A DNA stretch of 64,000 bases. Origin: Burkholderiales bacterium. GTDB lineage: Bacteria > Pseudomonadota > Gammaproteobacteria > Burkholderiales > SG8-41. The stretch spans positions 4,782 to 68,781 of the forward strand of contig JBOIEQ010000002.1 in NCBI GenBank assembly GCA_050741255.1. The letters run 5' to 3'. The position numbers and the translations under genes are program-made. Below are positions 55,556-64,000 of the stretch, one piece after another. The stretch's first letter is position 1. Every line of letters begins with the position of its first letter. The notes beneath the pieces are model-generated. The model worked only from the letters and a program-made list of their open reading frames with translations. It did no database searches and was not told where the DNA came from.

Positions 55556-56131
55556 ATGAACAACACCACGGCCATCATCATCGCCGGGCGTTTCGATGCG
55601 CAGAAGAGCGCGGACGAGGCGATCCACCAGTTGCTGCACGTCGGCTTCCCCGCGGACCGGTTTACGAGCTTCTTCGTCAATCCGCCGGGGCATCACGACC
55701 GGTTTCCCATCGGCGGTGACCGCGACGAATCACCCGGCGCCAAGGGCGCCGATGGCGGCGCCGCGAAAGGCGCGGCCATCGGCGGCGCGATCGGTCTTGG
55801 CGTCGGTCTTGCGGCCACGCCGCTGGCCGGGCCGGCGGCAGCCGTGGGCGGCGCAGGCGTAGGCGCCTACGTAGGCTCGCTCGTGGGCGCGCTCAATCAG
55901 CTGGGCGGCGAGGAGGGCGAGCGCGTGCGTGTGCGCGAAAGCGGCGTACTGGTGGCCGTGCAGACCCGCAGCGCGGATGACGAACGTCTGGTCATCGACC
56001 TCCTCCAGCGCGCGGGCGCGCATGAAATCGAGCGCGCGCAAGGCCGGTGGGAAGCCGGCAAATGGGCGGATTTCGACGCCTTACGGCCGCCCATACTGGT
56101 GAAGAGCGTCGACGTCCGCTCGGCGGCATAA
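55556..56131 (+). CDS. Hypothetical protein with central glycine-zipper segment (general-stress-like)
   Basis: 191 aa. Two similar alpha/beta modules flank GAAIGGAIGLGVGLAATPLAGPAAAVGGAGVGAYVGSLVGAL. A GGGGA RBS lies directly after the DUF3309 stop. Confidence 0.5.
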   Translation: MNNTTAIIIAGRFDAQKSADEAIHQLLHVGFPADRFTSFFVNPPGHHDRFPIGGDRDESPGAKGADGGAAKGAAIGGAIGLGVGLAATPLAGPAAAVGGAGVGAYVGSLVGALNQLGGEEGERVRVRESGVLVAVQTRSADDERLVIDLLQRAGAHEIERAQGRWEAGKWADFDALRPPILVKSVDVRSAA

Positions 56132-56140
56132 AACCTTCGG

Positions 56141-57109
56141 CTAGCGCTCGTTCGCGCTCGTTGCAGCGCGCTTGAGACGGTCCCGTACCGCTGCCCACTC
56201 CGGCGTCTGTGGCAGTGCCTCCACCAGGATCACGTCGCGGCCTGCGGCATCGAGCGCGCGCAGGTTCGCATAGAGAGCGTGCGCATAGCCCGCGGCGTCC
56301 TGCGGCGCTGTGATCCAGGCATCACTTGAACCGGGCGGTTGCGCTGCGGTGTGCGCGAGGACCGCGACTTGCTTGCCCTGCCGGGAAAGGCTTGTGGCCA
56401 GTTCCAGCATCAGGTCCGCTGCCATCAACATGAGCGGCGTCGCCGGCGCGTAGTGCGACGCCAGCGTGCCGGAAGCGCGCGGCGCGTCCGAACCTCCGAT
56501 GCCCACCGGAATGCCCAGTACCTCTTCGATCATCGCCGGCGTAATCGCCCCGGGCCTCAGCACGCGGGGCCCTGCGCCCGTGAGATCCACGATCGTCGAT
56601 TCGATACCGACTTCCGGCAATTCTCCATCCAGCACCACGTCCACCGCATCGCCCAGGTCACGGCGCACGTCGTCCGCCCGCGTGGCGCTGACGCGGCCGA
56701 ACTTGTTGGCGGAAGGTGCCGCGATGCCGCCGCCGAACGCCGCGAGCAGCGCGTGCGCCACCGGATGCGCGGGCACCCGCAAGCCGACGCTGTCCTGCCC
56801 GCCGGTGACGAGGCCGGTGACCTGCGGCTGTTTTTTCAGGATGAGCGTCAGCGGGCCGGGCCAGAACTTCGCTGCCAGCGTATACGCGGGTGCGGGAATG
56901 TCGCGCGCCCAGAGCGGCATCTGCACCACGTCGGCGACGTGTACGATCACTGGATGGTCGGCCGGCCGGCCCTTCGCGGCGTAGAGGCGGCGGATGGCGT
57001 CGGGATTCGCAGCATCGCAGCCGAGGCCATAGACCGTCTCGGTGGGAAACGCGACGAGGCGGCCCTGGCGGAGGGCGGCTACCGCTTTTTCGATCTCCAA
57101 GGCATTCAT
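56141..57109 (-). CDS. tsaC: L-threonylcarbamoyladenylate synthase (Sua5/YwlC/TsaC type, with C-terminal Sua5 domain)
   Basis: GRLVAFPTETVYGLGCDA, KGRPADHPVIVHV, PGPLTLIL and SANKFGRVSAT. Confidence 0.85.
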   Translation of the reverse strand: MNALEIEKAVAALRQGRLVAFPTETVYGLGCDAANPDAIRRLYAAKGRPADHPVIVHVADVVQMPLWARDIPAPAYTLAAKFWPGPLTLILKKQPQVTGLVTGGQDSVGLRVPAHPVAHALLAAFGGGIAAPSANKFGRVSATRADDVRRDLGDAVDVVLDGELPEVGIESTIVDLTGAGPRVLRPGAITPAMIEEVLGIPVGIGGSDAPRASGTLASHYAPATPLMLMAADLMLELATSLSRQGKQVAVLAHTAAQPPGSSDAWITAPQDAAGYAHALYANLRALDAAGRDVILVEALPQTPEWAAVRDRLKRAATSANER

Positions 57110-57116
57110 TCGAAGT

Positions 57117-57239
57117 TAGCCGCAGAGACGCAGAGAGCGCAGAGAAAGCGGAATGACGGCAAAAAAAGAGGTCTTTCCGAATAAATCGCCGTTATTGCTT
57201 GTTCGCGTTTCCTCTGCGTTCTCTGCGTCTCTGCGGCTA
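57117..57239. repeat. Tandem-unit hairpin element (8-nt unit CGCAGAGA)
   Basis: The left arm TAGCCGCAGAGACGCAGAGAGCGCAGAGAAAG (57117-57148) pairs with the right arm at 57208-57239, whose reverse complement is TAGCCGCAGAGACGCAGAGAACGCAGAGGAAA. It fills the purC-tsaC spacer. Confidence 0.8.
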
Positions 57240-57247
57240 TTGTCGAT

Positions 57248-58141
57248 TTAGTTGCCTGTGAGCATGTGCAAAGCCTCCTGGTACTTCTCGGAGGTCTTCG
57301 CCAGGATATCCGGCGGCAGCGCCGGCGCGGGATGTTTCTTGTTCCACGGCTGCGTTTCCAGCCAGTCGCGCACGAACTGCTTGTCGAAGGACGGCGGCGA
57401 GATGCCCGTGCGGTACTGGTCTTTCGGCCAGAAGCGCGATGAATCCGGCGTCAGCGCCTCGTCGATCAGGTACAGCTTGCCCGCCGCGTCCACGCCGAAT
57501 TCGAACTTGGTGTCGGCGATGATCACGCCTCGCGTTTCCGCGTAGGCGGCAGCCTCGGTGTAAAGCTTGATCGCGATGTCGCGCACCTGCGCGGCATAGG
57601 CGGCGCCGATCGTCTCTTCCACCACGGCATAGGAAATATTCTCGTCGTGTTCGCCGGCCGGCGCCTTGGACGCGGCGGTGAAGATCGGCTGGTCGAGTTT
57701 CTGTGCCTGCTGGAGCCCCGCCGGCAGCTTGATGCCACAAATCTCGCCGGTGGCCTGGTAATCCTTCCACCCCGAACCCGCGACATAGCCGCGCACCACC
57801 GCTTCCACCAGCAGGGGCTTGAACTTGTGCACGACCATCGCGCGACCGGCGACCTGCTCGCGTTCGGCGGCGCCGCTCACCACCGACTCCGGCGCGACGC
57901 CGGTCAGGTGGTTGGGGCCGAGGTGCTGCAGTTTCTCGAACCAGAAATTCGACAGCGTGGTGAGCACGCGGCCCTTGCCCGGGATCGGCGTCGGCAGGAT
58001 GACGTCGAAGGCGGACAGGCGGTCGGTCTGGATGACGAGCAGCTTGTCATCGCCCACGGCGTAGAGATCGCGCACCTTGCCGCGATGCAGGAAGGGCAGG
58101 CTCTTGAGGCTGGATTCGAAGAGGGAGACGGGAGTGTTCAT
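57248..58141 (-). CDS. purC: Phosphoribosylaminoimidazole-succinocarboxamide synthase
   Basis: Internal ATG of ORF 57248..58174. [29 protein letters not shown] and [10 protein letters not shown] are SAICAR synthetase motifs. Confidence 0.9.
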   Translation of the reverse strand: MNTPVSLFESSLKSLPFLHRGKVRDLYAVGDDKLLVIQTDRLSAFDVILPTPIPGKGRVLTTLSNFWFEKLQHLGPNHLTGVAPESVVSGAAEREQVAGRAMVVHKFKPLLVEAVVRGYVAGSGWKDYQATGEICGIKLPAGLQQAQKLDQPIFTAASKAPAGEHDENISYAVVEETIGAAYAAQVRDIAIKLYTEAAAYAETRGVIIADTKFEFGVDAAGKLYLIDEALTPDSSRFWPKDQYRTGISPPSFDKQFVRDWLETQPWNKKHPAPALPPDILAKTSEKYQEALHMLTGN

Positions 58142-58159
58142 ATAGTGATGGGAACGGTT

Positions 58160-58298
58160 GAACCACAGAGGCACAGAGTCACGGAGAACGGCAAACGCCG
58201 GTCACCTTCAGAGACAAGGGGAATGCGCTACGCGCAGATGGCGCTTGGTTCCATTTCGGGCGGATGGTTTTCTCCGTGCCTCTGTGCCTCTGTGGTTC
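58160..58298. repeat. Tandem-unit hairpin element (8-nt unit CACAGAGG), same subfamily as 44895-44983
   Basis: The left arm GAACCACAGAGGCACAGAGTCACGGAGAA (58160-58188) pairs with the right arm at 58270-58298, with 1 mismatch. The loop is 81 nt. It fills the purK-purC spacer. Confidence 0.8.
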
Positions 58299-58312
58299 CA
58301 GCTTTGCGATCG

Positions 58313-59464
58313 TTAACCATTGGCAGCGGCACGCGGCAGCACCGGCTGCAGCTTCGCGCGGATGCCGAGCGCCGCGGCGAGCGCGGCGTCGGCGGTCGCG
58401 CCGAGCACGGTGTAGTGGCCCATTTTCCGGCCCGGACGCGCTTCGTGCTTGCCGTAGAGGTGGAGCTTCGCGTCGGGCGAAGTGAACACCTCCTGCCAGG
58501 GCGGTGCGCCGTTGGCCCACAGGTCGCCCAGCAGGTTGACCATTACCACCGGTGACAACAGACGGGTCGCGCCGAAGGGCAGGCCGCACATGGCGCGCGC
58601 CTGCTGCTCGAATTGCGAAGTCGCGCAGGCGTCGATCGTGTAGTGGCCGCTGTTGTGCGGGCGCGGCGCGATTTCGTTGGCGACCAGCGCGCCGTCCGCC
58701 AGCACGAAGAACTCCACGGCCAGCACGCCGACATAGCCCAGCTGCTCCGCCACGCCCAGCGCCCGTTTCTCGGCTTCGCGCGCGAGTTCCGGCGACACGC
58801 GCGCCGGCACGATCGACACGTCGAGGATGCCGTCCACGTGTTTGTTCTCGGCGACCGGGAAGGCGACGCTCCTGCCGTCCGCGCCGCGCGCAACAACGAC
58901 CGAGAGCTCCTTCGCGAGCGCGACCAGCTTTTCCAGCACGCAGGCCTCGCCGCCCATCTTGCGGAACGCGGTCTTTGCTTCCGCGGCGTTCGCGATGCGC
59001 GCCTGGCCCTTGCCGTCGTAACCGAAGCGGGCCCGCTTCAGCACGCCCGGATACAGCGCTGCTGCGGCGCGGTCGAGGTCAGCCTCGTTTTCGATGACGG
59101 CGAACGGCGCGGTGCCGAAGCCGTGCTGCGCCAGGAAGTTCTTCTCGCGAATGCGGTCCTGCGCCACGGCGACGCTGTCGCCGGCCGGACTCACGGGACC
59201 GTGCGCGGCCAGCCAGCGCAGGCTGTCCGCGGGCACGTTCTCGAACTCGGTCGTCACCGCATCGCAGGCGTCGGCGAGCTGCTGCAGCGCTTCGCGATCC
59301 TGGTAGGCGGCCTTGATGTGCACGTCGGCGATGCTGCCGGCCGGGGACAGCGGGTCGGGATCGAGCACGGTGACGCGGTAGCCCATGCCGTGTGCGGCGA
59401 GCGTGAACATGCGGCCGAGCTGGCCGCCGCCCAGCATGCCGAGCATGGCGTCGGGCAAAATCAC
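58313..59464 (-). CDS. purK: 5-(carboxyamino)imidazole ribonucleotide synthase
   Basis: ATP-grasp protein with [12 protein letters not shown] at the N-terminus. It overlaps purE by 4 nt. Confidence 0.9.
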   Translation of the reverse strand: MILPDAMLGMLGGGQLGRMFTLAAHGMGYRVTVLDPDPLSPAGSIADVHIKAAYQDREALQQLADACDAVTTEFENVPADSLRWLAAHGPVSPAGDSVAVAQDRIREKNFLAQHGFGTAPFAVIENEADLDRAAAALYPGVLKRARFGYDGKGQARIANAAEAKTAFRKMGGEACVLEKLVALAKELSVVVARGADGRSVAFPVAENKHVDGILDVSIVPARVSPELAREAEKRALGVAEQLGYVGVLAVEFFVLADGALVANEIAPRPHNSGHYTIDACATSQFEQQARAMCGLPFGATRLLSPVVMVNLLGDLWANGAPPWQEVFTSPDAKLHLYGKHEARPGRKMGHYTVLGATADAALAAALGIRAKLQPVLPRAAANG

Positions 59465-59979
59465 TTGCGTTTCACCGCGGGCAGTTTCATCTGGCGTACT
59501 TTGGCCGCCTGCTTGCGGCGGAACGCGGCAAGCCTGCGCGCGAGTTTCGGATCGTCACGCGCCAGCACCGCCACCGCGAACAGGCCCGCGTTGGCCGCGC
59601 CCGCTTCGCCGACGGCGAAGGTGGCGACCGGCACGCCTTTCGGCATCTGCACGATGGACAGCAGGGAATCGAGGCCGCCGAGCGCGCGCGAGGTGACCGG
59701 CACGCCCAGCACCGGCACGATGGTCTTGGCGGCGAGCATGCCCGGCAGATGCGCCGAACCGCCGGCGCCCGCGATGATGATCCGCAGGCCGCGCCGTTCG
59801 GCGGATTCCGCGTACTGATACAGGAGGTCGGGCGTGCGGTGCGCGGACACGACGCGCGCCTCGCACGGCACGCCGAAAGCCTTGAGCTGCTCGACCGCGT
59901 GCTGCATCACCGCCCAGTCGCTCTGGCTGCCCATCACCACGCCGACGAGCGCAGAGGATTTTTTTCGGGTGGAAGTCAC
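59461..59979 (-). CDS. purE: 5-(carboxyamino)imidazole ribonucleotide mutase
   Basis: [20 protein letters not shown] and [14 protein letters not shown]. Confidence 0.9.
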   Translation of the reverse strand: MTSTRKKSSALVGVVMGSQSDWAVMQHAVEQLKAFGVPCEARVVSAHRTPDLLYQYAESAERRGLRIIIAGAGGSAHLPGMLAAKTIVPVLGVPVTSRALGGLDSLLSIVQMPKGVPVATFAVGEAGAANAGLFAVAVLARDDPKLARRLAAFRRKQAAKVRQMKLPAVKRK

Positions 59980-60032
59980 GCTGGCGGCGGATTCATGGTG
60001 AAGGGCGCATTTTATACCCGCACCGGAACAAT

Positions 60033-61055
60033 CTAGTACGTATCGGTGTGTTCATGCGCCAGATCGAGGGCGCGCCGCAACTGGGCATTCTCGCGCGAAC
60101 CGGCCCGGTTGAGCTCGCTGAAGAAGCGCTTTTCATCGGGGGCCCATTTCTCCTGGCCACAGAAACTGCGCCGGAACAGATCGACCGAAGCGTGGTCGAG
60201 CATCTTTCCCAGCACCTCCGGGTCCGTCCCTGAAACATGCGATCCGACCCAGTCGATCAACCCGGCACGGAAACCTGCGTATTGCGCCGCAAAATCTGGC
60301 GCTGTTATGAGGAGCGGCCAATGCTCGTAGCTCTCGCGGCTCATCACCGAGCTGATGCTCGATGGCCGCATATGCCGGATATAGAGCAGCTCTGGCGTGG
60401 TCCAGACCATGCCTTGCGCCACCGTCAGACACGACCACAAATATTGGAAGAAGATGATGTTCTCTGTTACTGCACACGTCGCGACGAGAGCGTCGCGCAT
60501 GGCCACGCGCCTTCCGACCGAATAAAACGTCGACGAATATCGGCGCATGAAAGCGAGCAGGCGCTCGACCGTTTCGATCTGCGGATAGGCGTGCATAGGC
60601 TGCACGGTGAAAGTTGCTTGGGTTTTGCCTTCTACGCCCGCTTTCTGCAGACGATTAAGGTTGAAGGCAGCCGATTTGCCGCGGGCGACCACATGATCAG
60701 GATGGTCGCGCAAAAAAGCTACGCAGCGCTCGAGCGTTTCCGGCACCACGAAATCATCGTCTGCGCATAACATGACGACCGGCGAGCTGATGCGGCCTAG
60801 TGCGTCGATCAGTTTCGCCGGAAAACTCAATGTGTTGGGGTAGAAAAACGGCTCCAGCCACAGCTCGGGCCAATCCACCTGTGCGCGTTCTACCACGGCG
60901 CGATCTTCCCCGGTGCTGCTGTCGACGAGATGGATCCTTCCCTGATACTCGATCCGACGCAGATATGAGAGCAGTCGGCGCAGAAAGCGCGCGCTGTTGT
61001 GAGAAGGGATGATCAGAGAGAACGCGTCCGGATCGTCGATGAGAGGAAAATTCAT
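60033..61055 (-). CDS. GT-A (GT2-like) fold protein, tandem paralog 1, function unknown
   Basis: Internal ATG of ORF 60033..61202. [14 protein letters not shown] (GT2 N-terminal strand) and CADDDF (DxD). It is colinear with 61066..62067, sharing YEHWPLLIT and a C-terminal ...DTY. Confidence 0.5.
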   Translation of the reverse strand: MNFPLIDDPDAFSLIIPSHNSARFLRRLLSYLRRIEYQGRIHLVDSSTGEDRAVVERAQVDWPELWLEPFFYPNTLSFPAKLIDALGRISSPVVMLCADDDFVVPETLERCVAFLRDHPDHVVARGKSAAFNLNRLQKAGVEGKTQATFTVQPMHAYPQIETVERLLAFMRRYSSTFYSVGRRVAMRDALVATCAVTENIIFFQYLWSCLTVAQGMVWTTPELLYIRHMRPSSISSVMSRESYEHWPLLITAPDFAAQYAGFRAGLIDWVGSHVSGTDPEVLGKMLDHASVDLFRRSFCGQEKWAPDEKRFFSELNRAGSRENAQLRRALDLAHEHTDTY

Positions 61056-61065
61056 GGCAGCCGCG

Positions 61066-62067
61066 CTAGTAGGTGTCCGGGTAACGCGCCGTGAATTTCG
61101 CGCACGCGTCGACCCGCGCATACTCGGGCGAGGCGCGATCGCGCGACCGCTCGAGAAAACGGACCTCCTCGAAGTTGTCTGACTCGTGGCCGCAATAGCC
61201 ACGAATCATGAGGCCCACCGCAGCCTCATCGAACCGGGTCTCGAAGTCGAGAGGGAGCGTGGCGCGCGTGGCGTAGAAACTTGCGACCGCCACCCGGAAC
61301 CGCTGGTAGTACTCGGTGAAGCGCGGATGGGTAATGAGCAGCGGCCAGTGTTCGTAATCCGCGGCGCGCGCCTGTGCGCTGGTACTTTTTGCATGGCCTT
61401 GGCGCACGTAGAACAGCTCGTCGACACACGCAACCTTCCCCTGCACCACACCCAGCACCGATAGCAAATACTGGACGAAGATCATGTTTTCGCTGCCGGC
61501 GATGGTCGCGCGCGTGGCCTCCAGCAGCAGTTCCCGCCGGTGCACCGAATTGAAGGTGGTCGAATACTGGTTCACGCAGCCCAGCAGCCGCTCGAAGGGA
61601 TCGGCTTCGGCGTAGGCGCGCATGGGATACGACCGCAGCCGCCATTCGGGCGCGGCGGCGGCCTCTGCGCCCTGCTGCATCTCGAACATCATGTGCCGCC
61701 CGCGCGCGACCGCCAGGCCGCTGTCCGCCTCCAGCATTTCGACGCAGCCTTCCAGCGCGTCGAGCATGACGTAGTCGTCGTTCGCGCACACCATTACGGC
61801 GCGCGACTCCAGGCGCTCGAGCGTCGCGGCCAGCTTGTCGAAGAAACCGATCTCGGAAGGATAGGTCTGCAGGTCGATCCTTAACCCGGGGTATTGGCCT
61901 GCGCAGGCCCGCACCTGGGCCTGTGCCTCCGGCGCACTGCTGTCGGCAACGGCCAGTGCGCCCCGATAACCCTCGGCAGCCAGATAGTCCAGCGCCCGGC
62001 GTAGAAAGGCCGTACCGTTGTGGTTCGGCACGATCAGCGTGAAGGCGCGCGGGTCTTCGATCAGCAT
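61066..62067 (-). CDS. GT-A (GT2-like) fold protein, tandem paralog 2, function unknown
   Basis: Internal ATG of ORF 61066..62295. [29 protein letters not shown], and it ends ...YPDTY. Confidence 0.5.
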   Translation of the reverse strand: MLIEDPRAFTLIVPNHNGTAFLRRALDYLAAEGYRGALAVADSSAPEAQAQVRACAGQYPGLRIDLQTYPSEIGFFDKLAATLERLESRAVMVCANDDYVMLDALEGCVEMLEADSGLAVARGRHMMFEMQQGAEAAAAPEWRLRSYPMRAYAEADPFERLLGCVNQYSTTFNSVHRRELLLEATRATIAGSENMIFVQYLLSVLGVVQGKVACVDELFYVRQGHAKSTSAQARAADYEHWPLLITHPRFTEYYQRFRVAVASFYATRATLPLDFETRFDEAAVGLMIRGYCGHESDNFEEVRFLERSRDRASPEYARVDACAKFTARYPDTY

Positions 62068-62345
62068 GCAATGGATGGATGGGGAAACCCTGCGGCCATG
62101 CAAGGGTGACGGAAAACAGGAGGACCCAGCCGAAGAATGCGGGAGCGACTCGGTGATCGTCAACCGATCCGGCGGTACGCGTCCGCACGGCTTGGAGCGG
62201 GTGGCGGCCGCTGCTAAACTCAAGGCAAAAATACGCACCCTCGTCACGCATCCTCGCCCCGGGAAAACCACGCGATGGGGATGTCGGCATTGCACACCGC
62301 TGGTCGCTGGTCTCTATCGCCTTCCTCTGACTGTCTGGATTCCTG

Positions 62346-63134
62346 ATGACTCCTATTCCCTCAACCGTCCCCGGTCTGCGCAAAGGCGATGAACTCGCCG
62401 GGCGCGTTGCCCTCGTCACCGGCGGCGCCCGCAACATCGGCCGCGCCATCGCCCGTTCACTCGCTACCGGCGGTGCCGCGGTCATGGTCAACGCCAACAC
62501 ATCCAGGGCCGAGGCCGAGGAAACCGTGCGCATGATCATCGAGGCGGGCGGCCGCGCCGCGCACGTCATCGGCGACGTGACCGACCCCGCCGCCGTCAAA
62601 CAGATGATCGAGGCCACGCTCGCCGCCTTCGGCCGGCTCGACCTGCTGGTATGCAACGCCGCCGTGCGCGCCGAGACCCCTTTCGACAAAATCACGCTCG
62701 CCGAATGGCACAAGGTGCTGGGCGTGGTGCTCGACGGCGCCTTCCTCTCCGCGCAGGCCGCGCTGCCGCACCTGCGGACCTCGGGCGCGGGCGCGATCGT
62801 CAACATCGGCGGGCTCACCGGCCACAAGGGCGCGCTGGAGCGCTCGCATGTGGTGACCGCCAAGGCCGGCCTCGCTGGTTTCACCAAGGCGCTGGCCGTG
62901 GACCTCGCGGGCGACGGCATCACGGTCAACTGCGTGGTACCCGGCACGGTGGACACCGTGCGCGGACTGCCGGGCGCGCCCGCGCGGCCCGGCCACCGCG
63001 TCACGCTGCCGCCGCTCGGCCGGCGCGGACTGCCGGAGGAAATCGCCGCCATGGTGCGCATGCTGTGCGGCCCGGATGCGCGCTATATCACCGGGCAGTC
63101 GATTCATCTCAACGGCGGAGGATTGATGCCGTGA
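62346..63134 (+). CDS. SDR-fold protein lacking the canonical catalytic Ser and Tyr
   Basis: It has the Rossmann motif VALVTGGARNIGRAIA and NAA. Where FabG-type SDRs have NISS...YxxSK, this protein has NIGG...VVTAK. Confidence 0.8.
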   Translation: MTPIPSTVPGLRKGDELAGRVALVTGGARNIGRAIARSLATGGAAVMVNANTSRAEAEETVRMIIEAGGRAAHVIGDVTDPAAVKQMIEATLAAFGRLDLLVCNAAVRAETPFDKITLAEWHKVLGVVLDGAFLSAQAALPHLRTSGAGAIVNIGGLTGHKGALERSHVVTAKAGLAGFTKALAVDLAGDGITVNCVVPGTVDTVRGLPGAPARPGHRVTLPPLGRRGLPEEIAAMVRMLCGPDARYITGQSIHLNGGGLMP

Positions 63135-64000
63135 GCAAGGGCAGCAGCGGCAAGACCGGTATTTCCCCCACGATGGCGACACTGGCGGCGTACATCGCCG
63201 CCGCGCCCAAGCGCGCACTGCCGCCCGCGGTCGTCGAAAAAACCAAGCACCACATCCTCGACACACTCGCGGCCATGATCTCCGGTTCGCGGCTCGAGCC
63301 CGGCCTTTACGCGCTCAAGTACGCAAAGACACTGGGCGGCACGAAAGAGGCGTGCATACCCGGCAGCGGCCTCGTGACCACCGCGATCAACGCTGCGCTG
63401 GCCGGCGGCATGCTGGGCCATGCCGACGAGACCGACGATTCCCACGCGCCCTCGCTCACGCATCCCGGCTGCGGTGTCGTGCCCGCGGCGCTGGCGGTCG
63501 GTGAACGCGAACGCCGCTCCGGCCGCGAACTGATCCGCGCGGTGGCGCTGGGCTACGACATCGGCTGCCGGCTGACGCTGTCGCTGAACGCCTACGAATT
63601 CCGCGAAGACGGCCACTCCACGCACAGCTTCGGGCCGATGTTCGGCGCGGCGGCAGCGTCAACCGCACTGATGCGTTTCGACGCGCGGCGCGTGCGCCAC
63701 GTGCTGTCGTATACGGCGCAGCAGTCCTCCGGCGTGTCGTGCTGGATGCGCGACCCCGACCATATCGAAAAAGCGTTCGACTTCGGTGGCATGCCTGCCC
63801 GCAACGGCGTCGCCGCCGCGACGATGGTGGCGTCCGGTTTCACCGGCGTGGAAGACGTGTTCTCCGGCGAGCGCAATTTCTACGTCGCCTTCGGCCGCCA
63901 GCCGAACCCGGGCGAACTCGTACGTGAACTGGGCGAAACCTACGAGATCATGAACACCAACATCAAGCGCTGGTCGGTGGGTTCGCCGATCCAGGCGCCG
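63131..64000 (+). CDS. MmgE/PrpD family protein (3' end outside window)
   Basis: The frame is open from GTG 63131 (GTGA overlap with the SDR stop) to the window end, with an alternative ATG at 63173. LAAYIAAAPKRALPPAVVEKTKHHILDTLAAMISG and HADETDDSH are PrpD signatures. It is absent from the ORF track because no stop lies in the window. Confidence 0.8.
   Translation, partial: MSKGSSGKTGISPTMATLAAYIAAAPKRALPPAVVEKTKHHILDTLAAMISGSRLEPGLYALKYAKTLGGTKEACIPGSGLVTTAINAALAGGMLGHADETDDSHAPSLTHPGCGVVPAALAVGERERRSGRELIRAVALGYDIGCRLTLSLNAYEFREDGHSTHSFGPMFGAAAASTALMRFDARRVRHVLSYTAQQSSGVSCWMRDPDHIEKAFDFGGMPARNGVAAATMVASGFTGVEDVFSGERNFYVAFGRQPNPGELVRELGETYEIMNTNIKRWSVGSPIQAP

Noticed and set aside
59980-60032. 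TATAAAAT-containing sequence upstream of purE (minus strand), considered as a promoter.
   Set aside because: The best -35-like hexamer is only about 9 nt from the -10-like box. The spacing is incompatible with a sigma70 promoter, so no call was made.

Overview
High-GC (by eye roughly two-thirds G+C) chromosomal segment that looks betaproteobacterial (Burkholderiales-like, judged from eight Bug/TctC-type binding proteins and the zapA-6S RNA synteny). No rRNA, tRNA, CRISPR, integrase or transposase gene was seen.

Content from left to right:
(1) 2-5678 (+): a translationally coupled LPS core/O-antigen operon: CapD-type dehydratase (5' truncated), WaaL-like ligase, two GT2, a GT9 heptosyltransferase and a methyltransferase.
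(2) 5766-6644: a higBA toxin-antitoxin pair plus an AT-rich orphan ORF, at the junction with the next cluster.
(3) 6720-16777 (-): a tightly packed nine-gene operon led by msbA. It combines ArnC-like and ArnT-like transferases, a small EamA flippase-like protein, a WecE-type transaminase, two SAM methyltransferases and an MBOAT/DltD-like pair. This is the best candidate for an undescribed envelope modification pathway.
(4) A TonB-dependent receptor behind a cobalamin riboswitch whose conserved loop carries an inserted repeat hairpin.
(5) A TIGR02449-like gene, zapA, a 6S RNA candidate with terminator, and an EVE-domain gene.
(6) About 33 kb of catabolic genes: CoA-transferase, enoyl-CoA hydratases, SDRs, lactonase, an enolase-superfamily enzyme, a HAD dehalogenase, a peptide-type ABC importer, a YdiJ-like FAD/Fe-S dehydrogenase, a class V aminotransferase, PrpD-family proteins, FAH, cti and eight orphan Bug binding proteins.
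(7) Small stress/membrane genes, tsaC and purC-purK-purE.
(8) Two tandem GT-A-like paralogs.
(9) An SDR lacking its catalytic Ser/Tyr, coupled to a 3'-truncated PrpD-family gene.

Non-coding highlights:
- Seven intergenic hairpins whose arms are tandem 7-8 nt units. Two of them have near-identical arms 13 kb apart.
- Two MITE-like elements of about 262-265 bp with terminal inverted repeats. One supplies the stop codons of both flanking genes.

All functional calls rest on motif and family recognition by eye. No database search was run.
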